A stretch of 64,000 bases of DNA from Pelagomonas calceolata. Lineage: Eukaryota. The notes beneath the pieces are model-generated. The model did not search any database. It had not been told where the DNA came from and saw only the letters and a program-made list of their open reading frames with translations. Location: NCBI GenBank assembly GCA_918797485.1, contig CAKKNE010000002.1:1364001-1428000 (forward strand). The letters run 5' to 3'. This document shows positions 9,806 to 19,539 of this stretch, in pieces. The position numbers and the translations under genes were made by a program. The stretch's first letter is position 1, and each line of letters opens with the position of its first letter.

Positions 9806-10825
9806 ATGTCCTTCGCCGCCGTCACGGGTCGAGCCGTCCGCTGGGGCGTCATGGGCACGGGCACGATCGCGCACGACTTCGTCAAGGTGCTGCAGGCGCT
9901 ACCAAATTGCGAAGTCGCCGCCGTCGGCTCGCGGTCGGACGAAGGAGCAGCTAGATTTGGGGATGCGCATAACATTAGTGGAAGGCATGGCTCCTATGAA
10001 AGTTTAGCGCGGGACGACTCGTTGGACATCGTCTACGTCGCGACGCCGTCGATGCGCCACGTCGACGACTCGTTGTTATGTCTTGAGGCCGGGCGCCACG
10101 TGCTCTGCGAGAAGGCCATGGCGCCCTCGCTCCAAGAAGCGAAGAAAGTAGTAGATAAAGCGGTAGCCGAGGACCGCTTCTTTTTACACGGCGTGTGGTC
10201 GCGGTTTTTCCCAGCCATGGCCGAGATCCGCAAAACACTCCGGAGCGGTATTATTGGAGACGTCTACGCGGCGCACGCGTCCTTCGGCCAGAATGATGGG
10301 GCGGGGCAAGCTTCCGCCACGTTGGAAACGGGTATTTACTGCGCGCAGTTTCTGCAGTGGGCATTTGATGGAGATGCTCCCGAATCTGTGGAAGGTGTAT
10401 CTTATTCTTTAGCGGATTCCGGTCTAGATCAACATGTGGGCGCCTTGCTACGATTCCCGGGCGACCGCATCGGCACGTTCGAGTGTTCATTAAGGCACCC
10501 GACGCCGCGCGGCGCGACGATTTGTGGTAGCAAGGGCGTTTTGCAGGTGCCGTTCCCCTTCTGGTGTCCTACACAATTCAGTGTGCAGACGATGACCGGT
10601 TTAGGATCGCAGGACTGGTCCGAGCCCCAGACTTATACTTTCGACCTGCCTGCCGTGGAGGGCCCCTTCAACTTCGTGAACTCCGAAGGTTTATTATATG
10701 AGGCCCAGGCCGTCAACGACTGCCTCGCCCAAGGAAAGGCGCAGTGCGACCAGTTCGACCATCGGGAAAACCTCGCGGTCATGGGGGTCCTCTCCGAGAT
10801 CCGCGGCCGCTGGGGCGGCTCCTAG
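9806..10825 (+). CDS. Gfo/Idh/MocA oxidoreductase (DHDH-like)
   Basis: VRWGVMGTGTIAHDF, DIVYVATP, HVLCEKAM and WSRFFP motifs. Confidence 0.9.
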   Translation: MSFAAVTGRAVRWGVMGTGTIAHDFVKVLQALPNCEVAAVGSRSDEGAARFGDAHNISGRHGSYESLARDDSLDIVYVATPSMRHVDDSLLCLEAGRHVLCEKAMAPSLQEAKKVVDKAVAEDRFFLHGVWSRFFPAMAEIRKTLRSGIIGDVYAAHASFGQNDGAGQASATLETGIYCAQFLQWAFDGDAPESVEGVSYSLADSGLDQHVGALLRFPGDRIGTFECSLRHPTPRGATICGSKGVLQVPFPFWCPTQFSVQTMTGLGSQDWSEPQTYTFDLPAVEGPFNFVNSEGLLYEAQAVNDCLAQGKAQCDQFDHRENLAVMGVLSEIRGRWGGS

Positions 10826-10909
10826 TAGTAAGTAACAATTAACATCACATGGCTTGGGGCGGTAACATCTAGTACTAAGTAACAATTAACATCACATGGC
10901 TTGGGGCGG
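10822..10909. repeat. Tandem duplication of about 41 bp (period 47)
   Basis: CTAGTA(G/C)TAAGTAACAATTAACATCACATGGCTTGGGGCGG at 10822-10862 and 10869-10909. Confidence 0.9.
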
Positions 10910-11464
10910 CAGCGACAGCCCGCGGCGGCGGGGAGGCTTCCGCCGCGGCGCCGGCGGTACGACGTCAGCGCGTGGGCGGAACGGCGCCACGGCGTCGTCG
11001 TCGGGACCCGGAGCGCTTAACAGTCCCGGACACTCGTCGACGAAGAGGCGTGCGGCGGCCGCGTCGCCGCCGACTGCCCGCAACGCGGCCGCCGCGACCC
11101 ATATCTCGACATCACACTTCTGCGCGAGGTCGTACGCTCCTCCCCCGATTGGACCGCCGAGGGCCGCGTCCAACCCCACGGCGAGCGCGTCGTGCGCCAC
11201 GGGGAGCAACGGCGCCTGTGCACCTTCGGCGCGGCGCAGATCGAGTCGTAGCTCGACGTCAGCCCGCGGCGGGATGGGGCTTCGATACTGCGGGAACACG
11301 TCTAAGGCACCGCGCGTCGAGATAAGGACGCCTGCCCCACAAAACCCCGCGTTCGACGCGAAGCGCAGGATGCGGGACCCGTCTTCCGCCCGTAACGTCA
11401 CCGAAAATTCGTCGTCGAGCGGTCGTTTGTCGATGAAAACGGCCTTCGTCGCCGGCCGCGGCAA
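10892..11464 (-). CDS. Hypothetical protein (start uncertain)
   Basis: 190-codon ORF with protein-like composition but no ATG start and no recognised motif. Confidence 0.35.
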   Translation of the reverse strand: MPRPATKAVFIDKRPLDDEFSVTLRAEDGSRILRFASNAGFCGAGVLISTRGALDVFPQYRSPIPPRADVELRLDLRRAEGAQAPLLPVAHDALAVGLDAALGGPIGGGAYDLAQKCDVEIWVAAAALRAVGGDAAAARLFVDECPGLLSAPGPDDDAVAPFRPRADVVPPAPRRKPPRRRGLSLPPQAM

Positions 11465-11766
11465 CTCCGCGTCGTTGGCGAGCGGCGCGGCGCGTTAAGC
11501 AGTACGTTCTGCAAGACTACAAGCAGTTGCTCCGCACCCGGTCCCTGCTCGTACGCGACCGAGCGACCTTGGCCCCCGAAACGCCGGAGGTGATCCGGCG
11601 CCTCTTCGGCGGAATCGCCGCGGTGCCGACGCCCAGCTCCCGGCCGCCGCCGAAGCGCTCGGCGGGCGTCCCCGACCCCATTTTCTGGAAGGTCCTGGAG
11701 TACTGGCGACTGGGCGACTGGCGGCGACCGTGTACTCTCCCGCTCGAGCAGTAGTACTAAGCACAA

Positions 11767-13527
11767 TTACTCACACGCATCGACCATCTGGTTCGGCCCC
11801 CGCGCCAGCGCCACCAAATCAACGTCCGCGCCATCGACGACGCGCGCCGCGCATGCCATAGCCCGCTTCCGCATCTTCCGCAGCTCGGCCGCCGCGGCAC
11901 CAATAGTAATTTCGACAAACACAAGCTCGTCGCCGGGCCGGCACTGGCCGACCTTCCACAGGTCGCACCGCGCGACGACCGCCGGTACACTATAACCTCC
12001 GGTCGTCTGGTGGTCCGCTAGCAATATGACGGGGTTGCCGTCCGGCGGTAATTGTATAGTCCCGGCGGCGCAGGCCTCGGAGAGCTGCTGCCCCCCCTTT
12101 AATGACGCCGCGGCCTCCACCACCACAGCCATGCGGTCCGACCGCGGCGACGCGGTGAACGGGCCCGCGTCCAGCAATTTTGATAGTGCCGCGTCGGCGT
12201 CCGTCTCTGATGTTCCGTCGTCGCTCGCCGGGTCGCCGGGCCCGGGCAGCACGCGCAGCGTCCACGTCCGCGCGCCCGGCGTCCTTCCCATATGATCGTG
12301 CTTCGCCCGGCGCGGCGCCGCGCGGCCGCCCTCTTTGATACACGCGACGCCGTCCCCCGCCGCGAGCGGCGCCGGCCCGAGGCCCGCCCGCACGTCGCTC
12401 GACCGGCTCCCCAACACCAACGGCGCCGCGACGCCGCCCTCCAAACCAACATAGGCCCGCGCGCCGTCCCGCGGGATGCCGAGCCGGAGCTCGTCGCCCG
12501 CGCGCAGCACGACCGCCTCGTTGACTTTACAAGAGACGGAGCCGCCTCCACCTCTCAGTATCGTCGCCTGGCAGTCCGCGCCGGCGACGGAGACGGCCCG
12601 CGTCTCCCTACTCCTTAACCTCAACCCGCCAAGACACTCTAAAACAGCGGCATCGACCTCGTTCCCGACGAGCGCGTTCGCCGTCCGCAGACTCATCTCG
12701 TCCGCGGCGCCGCATCTACTAACACCGCACGACTGGTGCCGTCTTCCTAAATCCTGGACCAGCGTCTGCGGGCCGCCCGCCAGGACCTCGAAGCTCGCGT
12801 CTTCCACACGTTGTGGTGCTTCTTTCACTTGGGGCGCTGCATCGTCCAACGCCGCAACCGCAGAGAACCGGACGGCGTCGCCCGGCTTCAGCAGAGAAGG
12901 CGGCTCCCGGGCCGGGTCGAAGAGCACGGCGTCGGTCCGCCCTAGTAAATGCCAGCCGCCCGGCGTATCCCTCGTATACACGCCCGTCTGGCCCGCCGCG
13001 ACGCCCACGGCGCCCCTTGGTACCAATTGCCGCGGCGTCGGCAGCCGCGGCACCTTTGCCAAACGCTCGTCCAAACCACCAAGATAAGGGAAGCCCCCCG
13101 TAAATCCTAAAAAGTAGACGCGGTACTCCGGCGCGGCATGGACGGCCGCGACGTCGTCCACTCCCGCGATCTCGCCGGCGGCCTCGAGGTCTTCGCCATC
13201 ATACAACACGGGGATCTCGACAACGTTTCGTGTGGCGTCGCCGTCGTCCTCGCGGCTCGCGGCCTCATTTATCCAATTCTCGACGTCGTCCCGCGATATC
13301 TCCGTGCAGTCGTAGTGCACGGCCAGGGACGCGTAGGCGGGCACGGCGTCGGTGACGCCGCGCGGCTTTTCGTTCAGCGCGTCGAGGCGCCTCAAGACAC
13401 TTTTGTTCGTCGCCTCGTCGATACCATTGCCGAAACGCAGGATCAGCGTGCCCTCGCCGGCGGCGCGGAACCAGGGCTGGCTCGAGAGCGCGCGCGTGCG
13501 CGCTGCTGTAGCTGCCATGCGGCGCAT
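11767..13527 (-). CDS. Fused PxpB-PxpC (5-oxoprolinase B/C; allophanate hydrolase subunit 1+2, KipI-KipA-like)
   Basis: DAVPAYASL, YFLGFTGGFPYLGGLD, QTGVYTRDTPGGWHLLGRT (PxpB); QTLVQDLGR, SDRMA, GTIQLPPDGNPVILLADHQTTGGY (PxpC); Arg/Ala/Ser-rich N-terminus. Confidence 0.88.
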   Translation of the reverse strand: MRRMAATAARTRALSSQPWFRAAGEGTLILRFGNGIDEATNKSVLRRLDALNEKPRGVTDAVPAYASLAVHYDCTEISRDDVENWINEAASREDDGDATRNVVEIPVLYDGEDLEAAGEIAGVDDVAAVHAAPEYRVYFLGFTGGFPYLGGLDERLAKVPRLPTPRQLVPRGAVGVAAGQTGVYTRDTPGGWHLLGRTDAVLFDPAREPPSLLKPGDAVRFSAVAALDDAAPQVKEAPQRVEDASFEVLAGGPQTLVQDLGRRHQSCGVSRCGAADEMSLRTANALVGNEVDAAVLECLGGLRLRSRETRAVSVAGADCQATILRGGGGSVSCKVNEAVVLRAGDELRLGIPRDGARAYVGLEGGVAAPLVLGSRSSDVRAGLGPAPLAAGDGVACIKEGGRAAPRRAKHDHMGRTPGARTWTLRVLPGPGDPASDDGTSETDADAALSKLLDAGPFTASPRSDRMAVVVEAAASLKGGQQLSEACAAGTIQLPPDGNPVILLADHQTTGGYSVPAVVARCDLWKVGQCRPGDELVFVEITIGAAAAELRKMRKRAMACAARVVDGADVDLVALARGPNQMVDACE

Positions 13528-13954
13528 TGTGAGTGCTGCACCGCAGTGGTGAGCAGTGCCGAGCGAAATGTGGGTTCGCAAGAACGACAGCAATCAAGCA
13601 CACCTTCCAAATCGAATTGTAACCTTGAGTAATGCTTGGCTTTTGGCTTGGGCAAAGTTCCTGTGGATGCTAGTATCTTTACGACGCTAGCTGCCAGCCG
13701 GGAGGACCGAGGCAAACGACGCGGTTAACCAGCCCGTCTCGCGCGCATAGATCGTCCAGAGGCTCAGTGCACTGCTGCCACAATGCTGCATCGCTGCGGC
13801 TAAGTCAAACGGCTGTCAAGCAGCAGAGCCAAGCACTGCCAGCAAAGCGAGCACAGCACACGCAGCGCCGATGCACTGCCAGAGGCTTGCGAGCACAGCG
13901 TAAAACCGACACGCAACCGCGCTGGTCAGTGCATTAAAACAGCGCCAGGAACCG

Positions 13955-14701
13955 ATGACGACCACCAAAGACGTCCTACTCCCGCTCGCGACGTCCTCGC
14001 TCGCCTGCAGCGCGACCTTGATCGAGCTGACGATCCCGCAAGTCGTGCGGCTCAGCCAACCGACGGCCGCGCCGCTGCCCGCGACACCACTAACAGCGCG
14101 CCTGGCGATGCTGCCGCGGCTGCTCGGGCCCCAGACGGCGCTCACGGTCGTCCAATTTGGCTTCATCCGCGAGCTGCGCGACGCCATGGACCGCTGGCGC
14201 GGGCCGCACCCGCTGCACCTCAGCCTGTCCTACGGCCTCGTCTCGGGCCCGTGCCGGTCGGCGGCCTACAATTTGTTAATTGCCGGTACGTACGCGCACC
14301 ACGGCCGCGCGTCGCCGGGCGACGCCTCGCTCGCGCGGTTCTGGCGCACGAAGGTCGTCCCGGGCCTCGCCTGGAGCGTCCTGCGCGACAGCGGCTCCGT
14401 CGGGGGCGGTATTGTGGTCGCGCCGCTCGTCGTGCCCCGGGACGCGTCGCCCCCCGTAAAATTCCTGGGCGGCCTCGGCTGCGGCGCGTGCTGCGGCCTG
14501 GCCACGCAGTTGTTCCACAACGCGGCGCTCACGGCCGGTCGCATGGCCGAGGCCGGCACGCGCCCGGGCACGCTCGAGGCCATGCGCCTCTGCCTCGCGG
14601 AGCACGGCGCGAGCGCGCTGTACGTGAACTACCCGTACCGCGTCGCCGTCATCGCCTTGTGGACGGGCATCCTGCACGTGGCGGACCCGTTTCGGAGGTG
14701 A
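13955..14701 (+). CDS. Membrane protein, divergent mitochondrial-carrier-like
   Basis: Hydrophobic segments; PGLAWSVLRD and EHGASALYVNYPYR resemble carrier repeats. Confidence 0.45.
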   Translation: MTTTKDVLLPLATSSLACSATLIELTIPQVVRLSQPTAAPLPATPLTARLAMLPRLLGPQTALTVVQFGFIRELRDAMDRWRGPHPLHLSLSYGLVSGPCRSAAYNLLIAGTYAHHGRASPGDASLARFWRTKVVPGLAWSVLRDSGSVGGGIVVAPLVVPRDASPPVKFLGGLGCGACCGLATQLFHNAALTAGRMAEAGTRPGTLEAMRLCLAEHGASALYVNYPYRVAVIALWTGILHVADPFRR

Positions 14702-14724
14702 GTTGTGATACATGTCAAAATTAT

Positions 14725-16344
14725 TTATTCGCTCCCCCGCTCGACCGGCTCCCAGACGTCGTCGTCGTCGGGCGGCGCCTCCCAATCCCCTCCGTCGTCG
14801 ACACTGAAGCCGATCATGCCCTCCGCGAGGTCCGCCGTTTGATTGGACGTGATCGCCGCGGCGACGTGCAGGTCCTCGAGCCGCCGGTCGTCCGGCGCGG
14901 CCGTCCGCTCCAAGTGCCAGCGCGCCCGCTCGCGCGCGGCCCGCGCCGTCCGCGCGTCGCCCTGCCAGTTCGCGATCTCGTACAATGTGAAGTAGTCGAG
15001 CGCGACGCGCGCGTGCGGGAGGGGCGCGTAGATCTTTTCTCGCAATTCGGCGACCTCGCGGAAGAGCTCGAGCGCGTCATCATACCTCTCGGACCCGAGC
15101 GCGCACTCCGCCCGGGCCTGCTGCGTCTGGACCCGGTGCACGTGCGTCTCGGAGCAATTTCCGAGCGCTGCCAGCGCTTCGTCCAGCAGCGCGGCCTCCT
15201 CATCCCCCTCTTTTTCGTGCGCCTCCCGTCGCAGTCGCTCGTTTCTCACTAAACGTTGTGGGGAGACTGATCTACCTTCTTCATCACCGTCCAACAACGC
15301 GTCCCGCGCGCTCCAAGGTGCGGTACATCTTTCACACGCGCAGTCGAAGCCATAAATTGATCTCAGCCTTTCCCGTCGCTGCTCCGTCGGCACGCCGCAG
15401 TCCACATAAGAATGTGTAATTTCGTCCCCCTCTGATATATTGCGGCACGCCATGAAGCACTGCCTCCCCTGCGCGTCGTAGGCCACGCAGGTTGTTGGAT
15501 AACACGAGTGATTCAGTAAAGCCCCCACGGGCGACAACAGCGCCGATACTTCGTCCAACACGTCGTCCTGCCTACAAAAATTGTTCCTTCCACTCGCTTT
15601 GATCAGCTTCTGGACCAACTCGACGTCAGGCTCCGCACACCAGTCGGCGCCGACGCAGTGCCTTGCAATGGCTCGAGCTCTGGCGTCGTCTTCACTTGTA
15701 CAAAATTTGAGCATCAATTTTACATCTTCAATAGCACCCTTCTCGCCGACGGGTCTCGAGCGCAGGTCGTTCTTGCGCATGCGCCGCGCGGCCCGGCACG
15801 CCAAAATAGCGTCCGAGACGGCGGTCTCGTCGTTATTCAGCGCTGCGGATAAAGCGGGCCCGCCATCGCACTCCCTCCTATGGTGACTCTTCCAGTCCTT
15901 CTTCTGGCAGGCCGGGCCGCAGTACAAAACATGACCGCAGCCACCGCACTTTTTTCTATGGCCAGCCTCGATGCTACAAAAACAGTGCGCGCACCGCCGT
16001 TCTCGGCACCGCGGTAATAATGCCGCCGCGAAGGGCTCGACCTTCAGCACGCAGCTGCCCTCCTGGAACGCGCGGCGGGCCACGAGCTTCCGGCCGACGC
16101 TCGCGTCCAACTCCACACCTAAACCAAACCGGGCGAGGCGCGCGTCCTGCTCAGCTACACTACTGTCCTCGACCTTGGACTGCTCATAACTCACATCGAC
16201 GCGTTGCGCCGACGAACTCTTTTGCATTCGCTCCCATGCGTCTTCCAGACTCTCCTCGGGCTGCGTGGCGCCGGCGGCCTCGAGGACGTTCGTCACCAGC
16301 GACGACTTGCCGCTCAGGGGCTGCTCCTCGGCTAGGGCGCTCAT
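14725..16344 (-). CDS. SET and MYND domain (SMYD) lysine methyltransferase
   Basis: GRKLVARRAF, CAHC...CGGC..YCGPACQKKDWKSHHRREC, LLNHSCYP, GDEITHSY, YGFDCACERC. Confidence 0.92.
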   Translation of the reverse strand: MSALAEEQPLSGKSSLVTNVLEAAGATQPEESLEDAWERMQKSSSAQRVDVSYEQSKVEDSSVAEQDARLARFGLGVELDASVGRKLVARRAFQEGSCVLKVEPFAAALLPRCRERRCAHCFCSIEAGHRKKCGGCGHVLYCGPACQKKDWKSHHRRECDGGPALSAALNNDETAVSDAILACRAARRMRKNDLRSRPVGEKGAIEDVKLMLKFCTSEDDARARAIARHCVGADWCAEPDVELVQKLIKASGRNNFCRQDDVLDEVSALLSPVGALLNHSCYPTTCVAYDAQGRQCFMACRNISEGDEITHSYVDCGVPTEQRRERLRSIYGFDCACERCTAPWSARDALLDGDEEGRSVSPQRLVRNERLRREAHEKEGDEEAALLDEALAALGNCSETHVHRVQTQQARAECALGSERYDDALELFREVAELREKIYAPLPHARVALDYFTLYEIANWQGDARTARAARERARWHLERTAAPDDRRLEDLHVAAAITSNQTADLAEGMIGFSVDDGGDWEAPPDDDDVWEPVERGSE

Positions 16345-16647
16345 TGTCCGCCGCGTGCACGTATGCAGCCGCGCGACGCGCGGTTTTGCGGATTTTTTTG
16401 ACCTCCTAAATCATAGACATACTAGGAATCACTGTCTCGGTGAAGGTGGTAGGCGTAAAACGCACCCTTGGGCGGTTCCTGCGAGGTTTCGGATCGCTGC
16501 GATCGATTGTGAGCCGAGCCGTAACTCTGCCCGCTAAGCGCCGGCGCCCACCAGCTCCTCAGCCGGCCTAGCAGCCCTGGGAGGAGCTTTGTAGGCCTAC
16601 GGGACGCGCGCGCAAACGGGACGCGCGCGGAAACAACGTCACAAAAA

Positions 16648-17286
16648 ATGCGTCGCCGCCTCGCGCTGTACGCACTCCTGCTGGCGCCCGCGGCCGCCGC
16701 CCTACGCCGCGGCGACGCCGCGCCGGCCTTTGTCGGAGAAAACTATGATGGCCAACAGGTCACGCTCGCGTCGGCGACGGGCCCGAAGGGCCTGGTCCTC
16801 TGGTTCTACCCGAAGGCGGGTACCGGCGGCTGAACGCGCGAGGGCGAGAACTTCGAGCGCCTGCGGCCGCAGTTCGAGGCCGCCGGTTATAAAATAGCCG
16901 GCTGCTCGGTGGACCCGCCCGACTACAACCGCAAATTCGCCGAGGAGCACGACTTCGGCTACCCCCTGATCTCGAACGGCGAGGCGGTGATCCGCCAGTT
17001 CGGCGCCTGCCGCCGCGAGGACCGGTGCACGGGCAAGCGGACGACGGCCGTCATCCGCGCGGACGGCACGCTGCTGGACTTCGTCGACCCCTTCGACGCC
17101 GACAGCGGGCCCGACGACCTCCTCAAGCGGCTCGTTGCCGCGGACGGCGCGCCGCCGCTCACGCTCCACGAGCCCGGCGCGCACATGGACGGCCTGGAAC
17201 GCGTGCGGAGGCGTCGCAAGAAGAAGGGCCTGCGCGGCCACGACACCTTCCACCACTCGGGCGAGCACCGGCGTGCGGGCGCGTGA
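16648..17286 (+). CDS. BCP/PrxQ-type peroxiredoxin, selenoprotein (in-frame UGA 16831-16833 read as Sec), with signal peptide
   Basis: GDAAPAF...LVLWFYPKAGTGG*TREG...GCSVDPPDYNRKFAEEHDFGYPLIS...RTTAVI: UGA sits at the peroxidatic Cys of PxxxTxxC and the frame continues. Confidence 0.88.
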
Positions 17287-17291
17287 CGGCG

Positions 17292-17361
17292 CGGCCGGCG
17301 GGACCCGTGACGCGGGCGGGGTTCTTGGTGCGCCCCGCCCGCCGACATCTCCCGCCGACCG
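17292..17361 (+). promoter_or_regulatory. SECIS-like element (GUGA/GA core)
   Basis: Helix I CGGCGGGA/TCCCGCCG; GTGA 17307-17310; helix II GCGGGCGGGGT/GCCCCGCCCGC; GA 17344-17345; directly after the stop of the UGA-containing gene. Confidence 0.75.
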
Positions 17362-17804
17362 AGCTGTCTGGCGTTCTGTACCCCTAATTGTATTTTGTTT
17401 TCCACGAAGTATCCCGCGTCCGCCCTAGAGCTCGCGGCCGGTCTCTCTGCTTGTGCTACAGCGGCAGCGTCGACGGGATATGTTGATTTAGCCCACATCC
17501 GTGGACCCGCGAGACCACCCCCGGGAAGCTCGGTGGCGCGTATTCTTCGAAGAACCAGGAAGCATGTCCTCCCTAGAGCTGCCGGGCGCTCTCCGAGTTT
17601 GCTACTACGGCTCTAGCGTCAATTGACGTCAGCACGTGCCGGGACGTTCAGAAGCCTGCCTCGCCTCGGCCTCGCCGCTGCGATCCCAGCGCCGCAATTT
17701 CTTAGCTGCCCGAGAGCCGGCAGCTGCCCCAGAGGTCCAGCAAACCCTACAGCCACACTCTGCTCAAAGCACGCTGCCTCGCGCCGCGAGAACCAGCAAA
17801 AATC

Positions 17805-19189
17805 ATGAAGCTCCTCTTCCTGCCTACCCTAGCACTCGCGGGCACTTTTGTCGACGACACGGGTGTTACCCACACCACAACCAAAGCAGCGCCGACCATT
17901 ATCGCTGCCGTGGGCGACGCCCTTTCGCTGGCGCCTGTGCGGAAATCATCGCGACCTCGCCGGCCGCCTGTCTCAGTGCTTGATTTCCACGCAGGCTGGA
18001 ACATATGGGCGTGCCCCATGCGCAAATTATCGGCACGTATGGCGAGCGCTGCACCTCCGGCTCTAATCTGAATGGAGCGTACGGCAACGGCAACGCGTGG
18101 GACGCCGACGGAGCTCTCGACCACACCGCCACCGCGCACGACCCCCAGCATTGGCCCACGGACCCCCTGAGCGCCGACGAGGCGGCCATGATCGCTCAGT
18201 CGACCGACCTCACGCCGTCCTGCTCGGGCATCTGCTTCTGGTGCGCCGGCAACGGCAAAGCCGAGATCACGACAATCCTCGACGCGACCGGCTGGCCCGA
18301 CTACATCCTAGTGGGCCCCTACGGCGGCATTTGGCCGCTCGAAGGAACGTACGGCGATCCTTACGTCCTCGGCAACGCCACCGAAAGGGGCGTAAAGGTC
18401 ATCACGATACTCGATAATTATAACGATGGGGCGCTCGGAGTCGGGACCGACCTGGCAGTCCGGGCCGGCTACATCGAAATCACGAAGCGCTACGAGGAGC
18501 TCGCCACTTTCCTCGGCGCCACCACCAACCTCGACTCCGAGAAGAGGACGTTCTGCGCGGAAATGAACAATTTCAAGGCCACGGCGGCGGCGGCGGCCAC
18601 GCGTGGCGTGCGAGCCATGGGGGTTTTCGCGCCCTACATCTCCGTGGCCGGCGGCGTGACAAATGGCTACCTCTACGGCGCCATCACTGACCAGGTATCG
18701 TTCATGCTCGAAGAGTTAGGCATGCAAATATTGCACAATAACAGCGGCTACGCGCCCCTCGATGCCGCCACCCTCGGGAAACACTACCCGATCGACTTCT
18801 GGCTCTACGACGTCCGCGTCACGCTCGATTTTATTTCCGATACATTCTCCACGGCGTGGCCGCACCCGGCACTCGTTGCCGACCAGTACGCGCGCTACCC
18901 CAACGGTGGCCACGTCCACTCGTACGAGCACGGCACCGAGATCCTCAAGCACGTCGGTGAGGCGCTCGGCAAGGCCCAGCGCATCGAGCCCGCTACTACA
19001 TGCACCGAGGTCGCCGACGTCACGGACGTCCACTACCGTACCGTCGGCCTCGGCAAGGGCCAGTACGCCTGCCCCAAGCCCGTCGAGTACGACTGGTGCG
19101 TCAATTACGTGTCGTCCGACTCCGCTTACCTGGCGCGCCCCGGAGTCGTCGTCGCCGCCTTGGCGGCCGTCGCGGCGGCCCTCCTCTGA
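17805..19189 (+). CDS. FBP1-like surface ferric-siderophore binding protein; probable GC-AG intron about 17927-17994
   Basis: Signal peptide, TFVDDTGVTHT start typical of Fe-siderophore binding proteins, IIGTYGE, D-F-W-L-Y-D-V-R and WPHPA segments, hydrophobic C-terminal anchor. Confidence 0.65.
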
Positions 19190-19539
19190 TCAGGAGTGGT
19201 CTGCTGAATTCAAAGTCGAAGAACGCGCGGGCTCCCCCCCACAAGTCGCCCCCAAGTGCTGCCGCGCGAAACTGTCAAAACTAAGTTGCTTGCTTGACTG
19301 CTCGGTGAATTTCCCATGACCGGTGGCGGAGCCATAGAGCACCCGTCCCGACGCCGCGTAGACGCCGCGGCGGGTTCGGGGCTCGAGCTCGTGGCACTTT
19401 GTGTCGGGGGCTGCAGTCCTTTGCCCAGTGCTTCCGCCGTCTGCTGTCAGGCTTCTGCCGCGGCGACCGCGCGCCCCGAACGAGGCCGCGGCGCGCCCCC
19501 GGGCTGCCCCGGCCCCACCAGCGGGGCCGTAGAACAACC

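Noticed and set aside
11527..11754. Short plus-strand ORF ending VPDPIFWKVLEYW
   Set aside because: Protein-like, but it has no ATG or identifiable upstream exon; possibly a gene remnant that cannot be supported
11767..13527. Bacterial contamination
   Set aside because: Flanked by intron-containing eukaryotic genes, with the same codon style and promoter motif and a targeting-like presequence
16831..16833. Genome-wide UGA=Trp reassignment
   Set aside because: Many genes here end in TGA (e.g. RRP4, myosin, the U-box gene) and Trp is encoded by TGG
16648..17286. Peroxiredoxin pseudogene
   Set aside because: The single stop is UGA exactly at the catalytic Cys and a SECIS-like hairpin follows, so Sec recoding fits better
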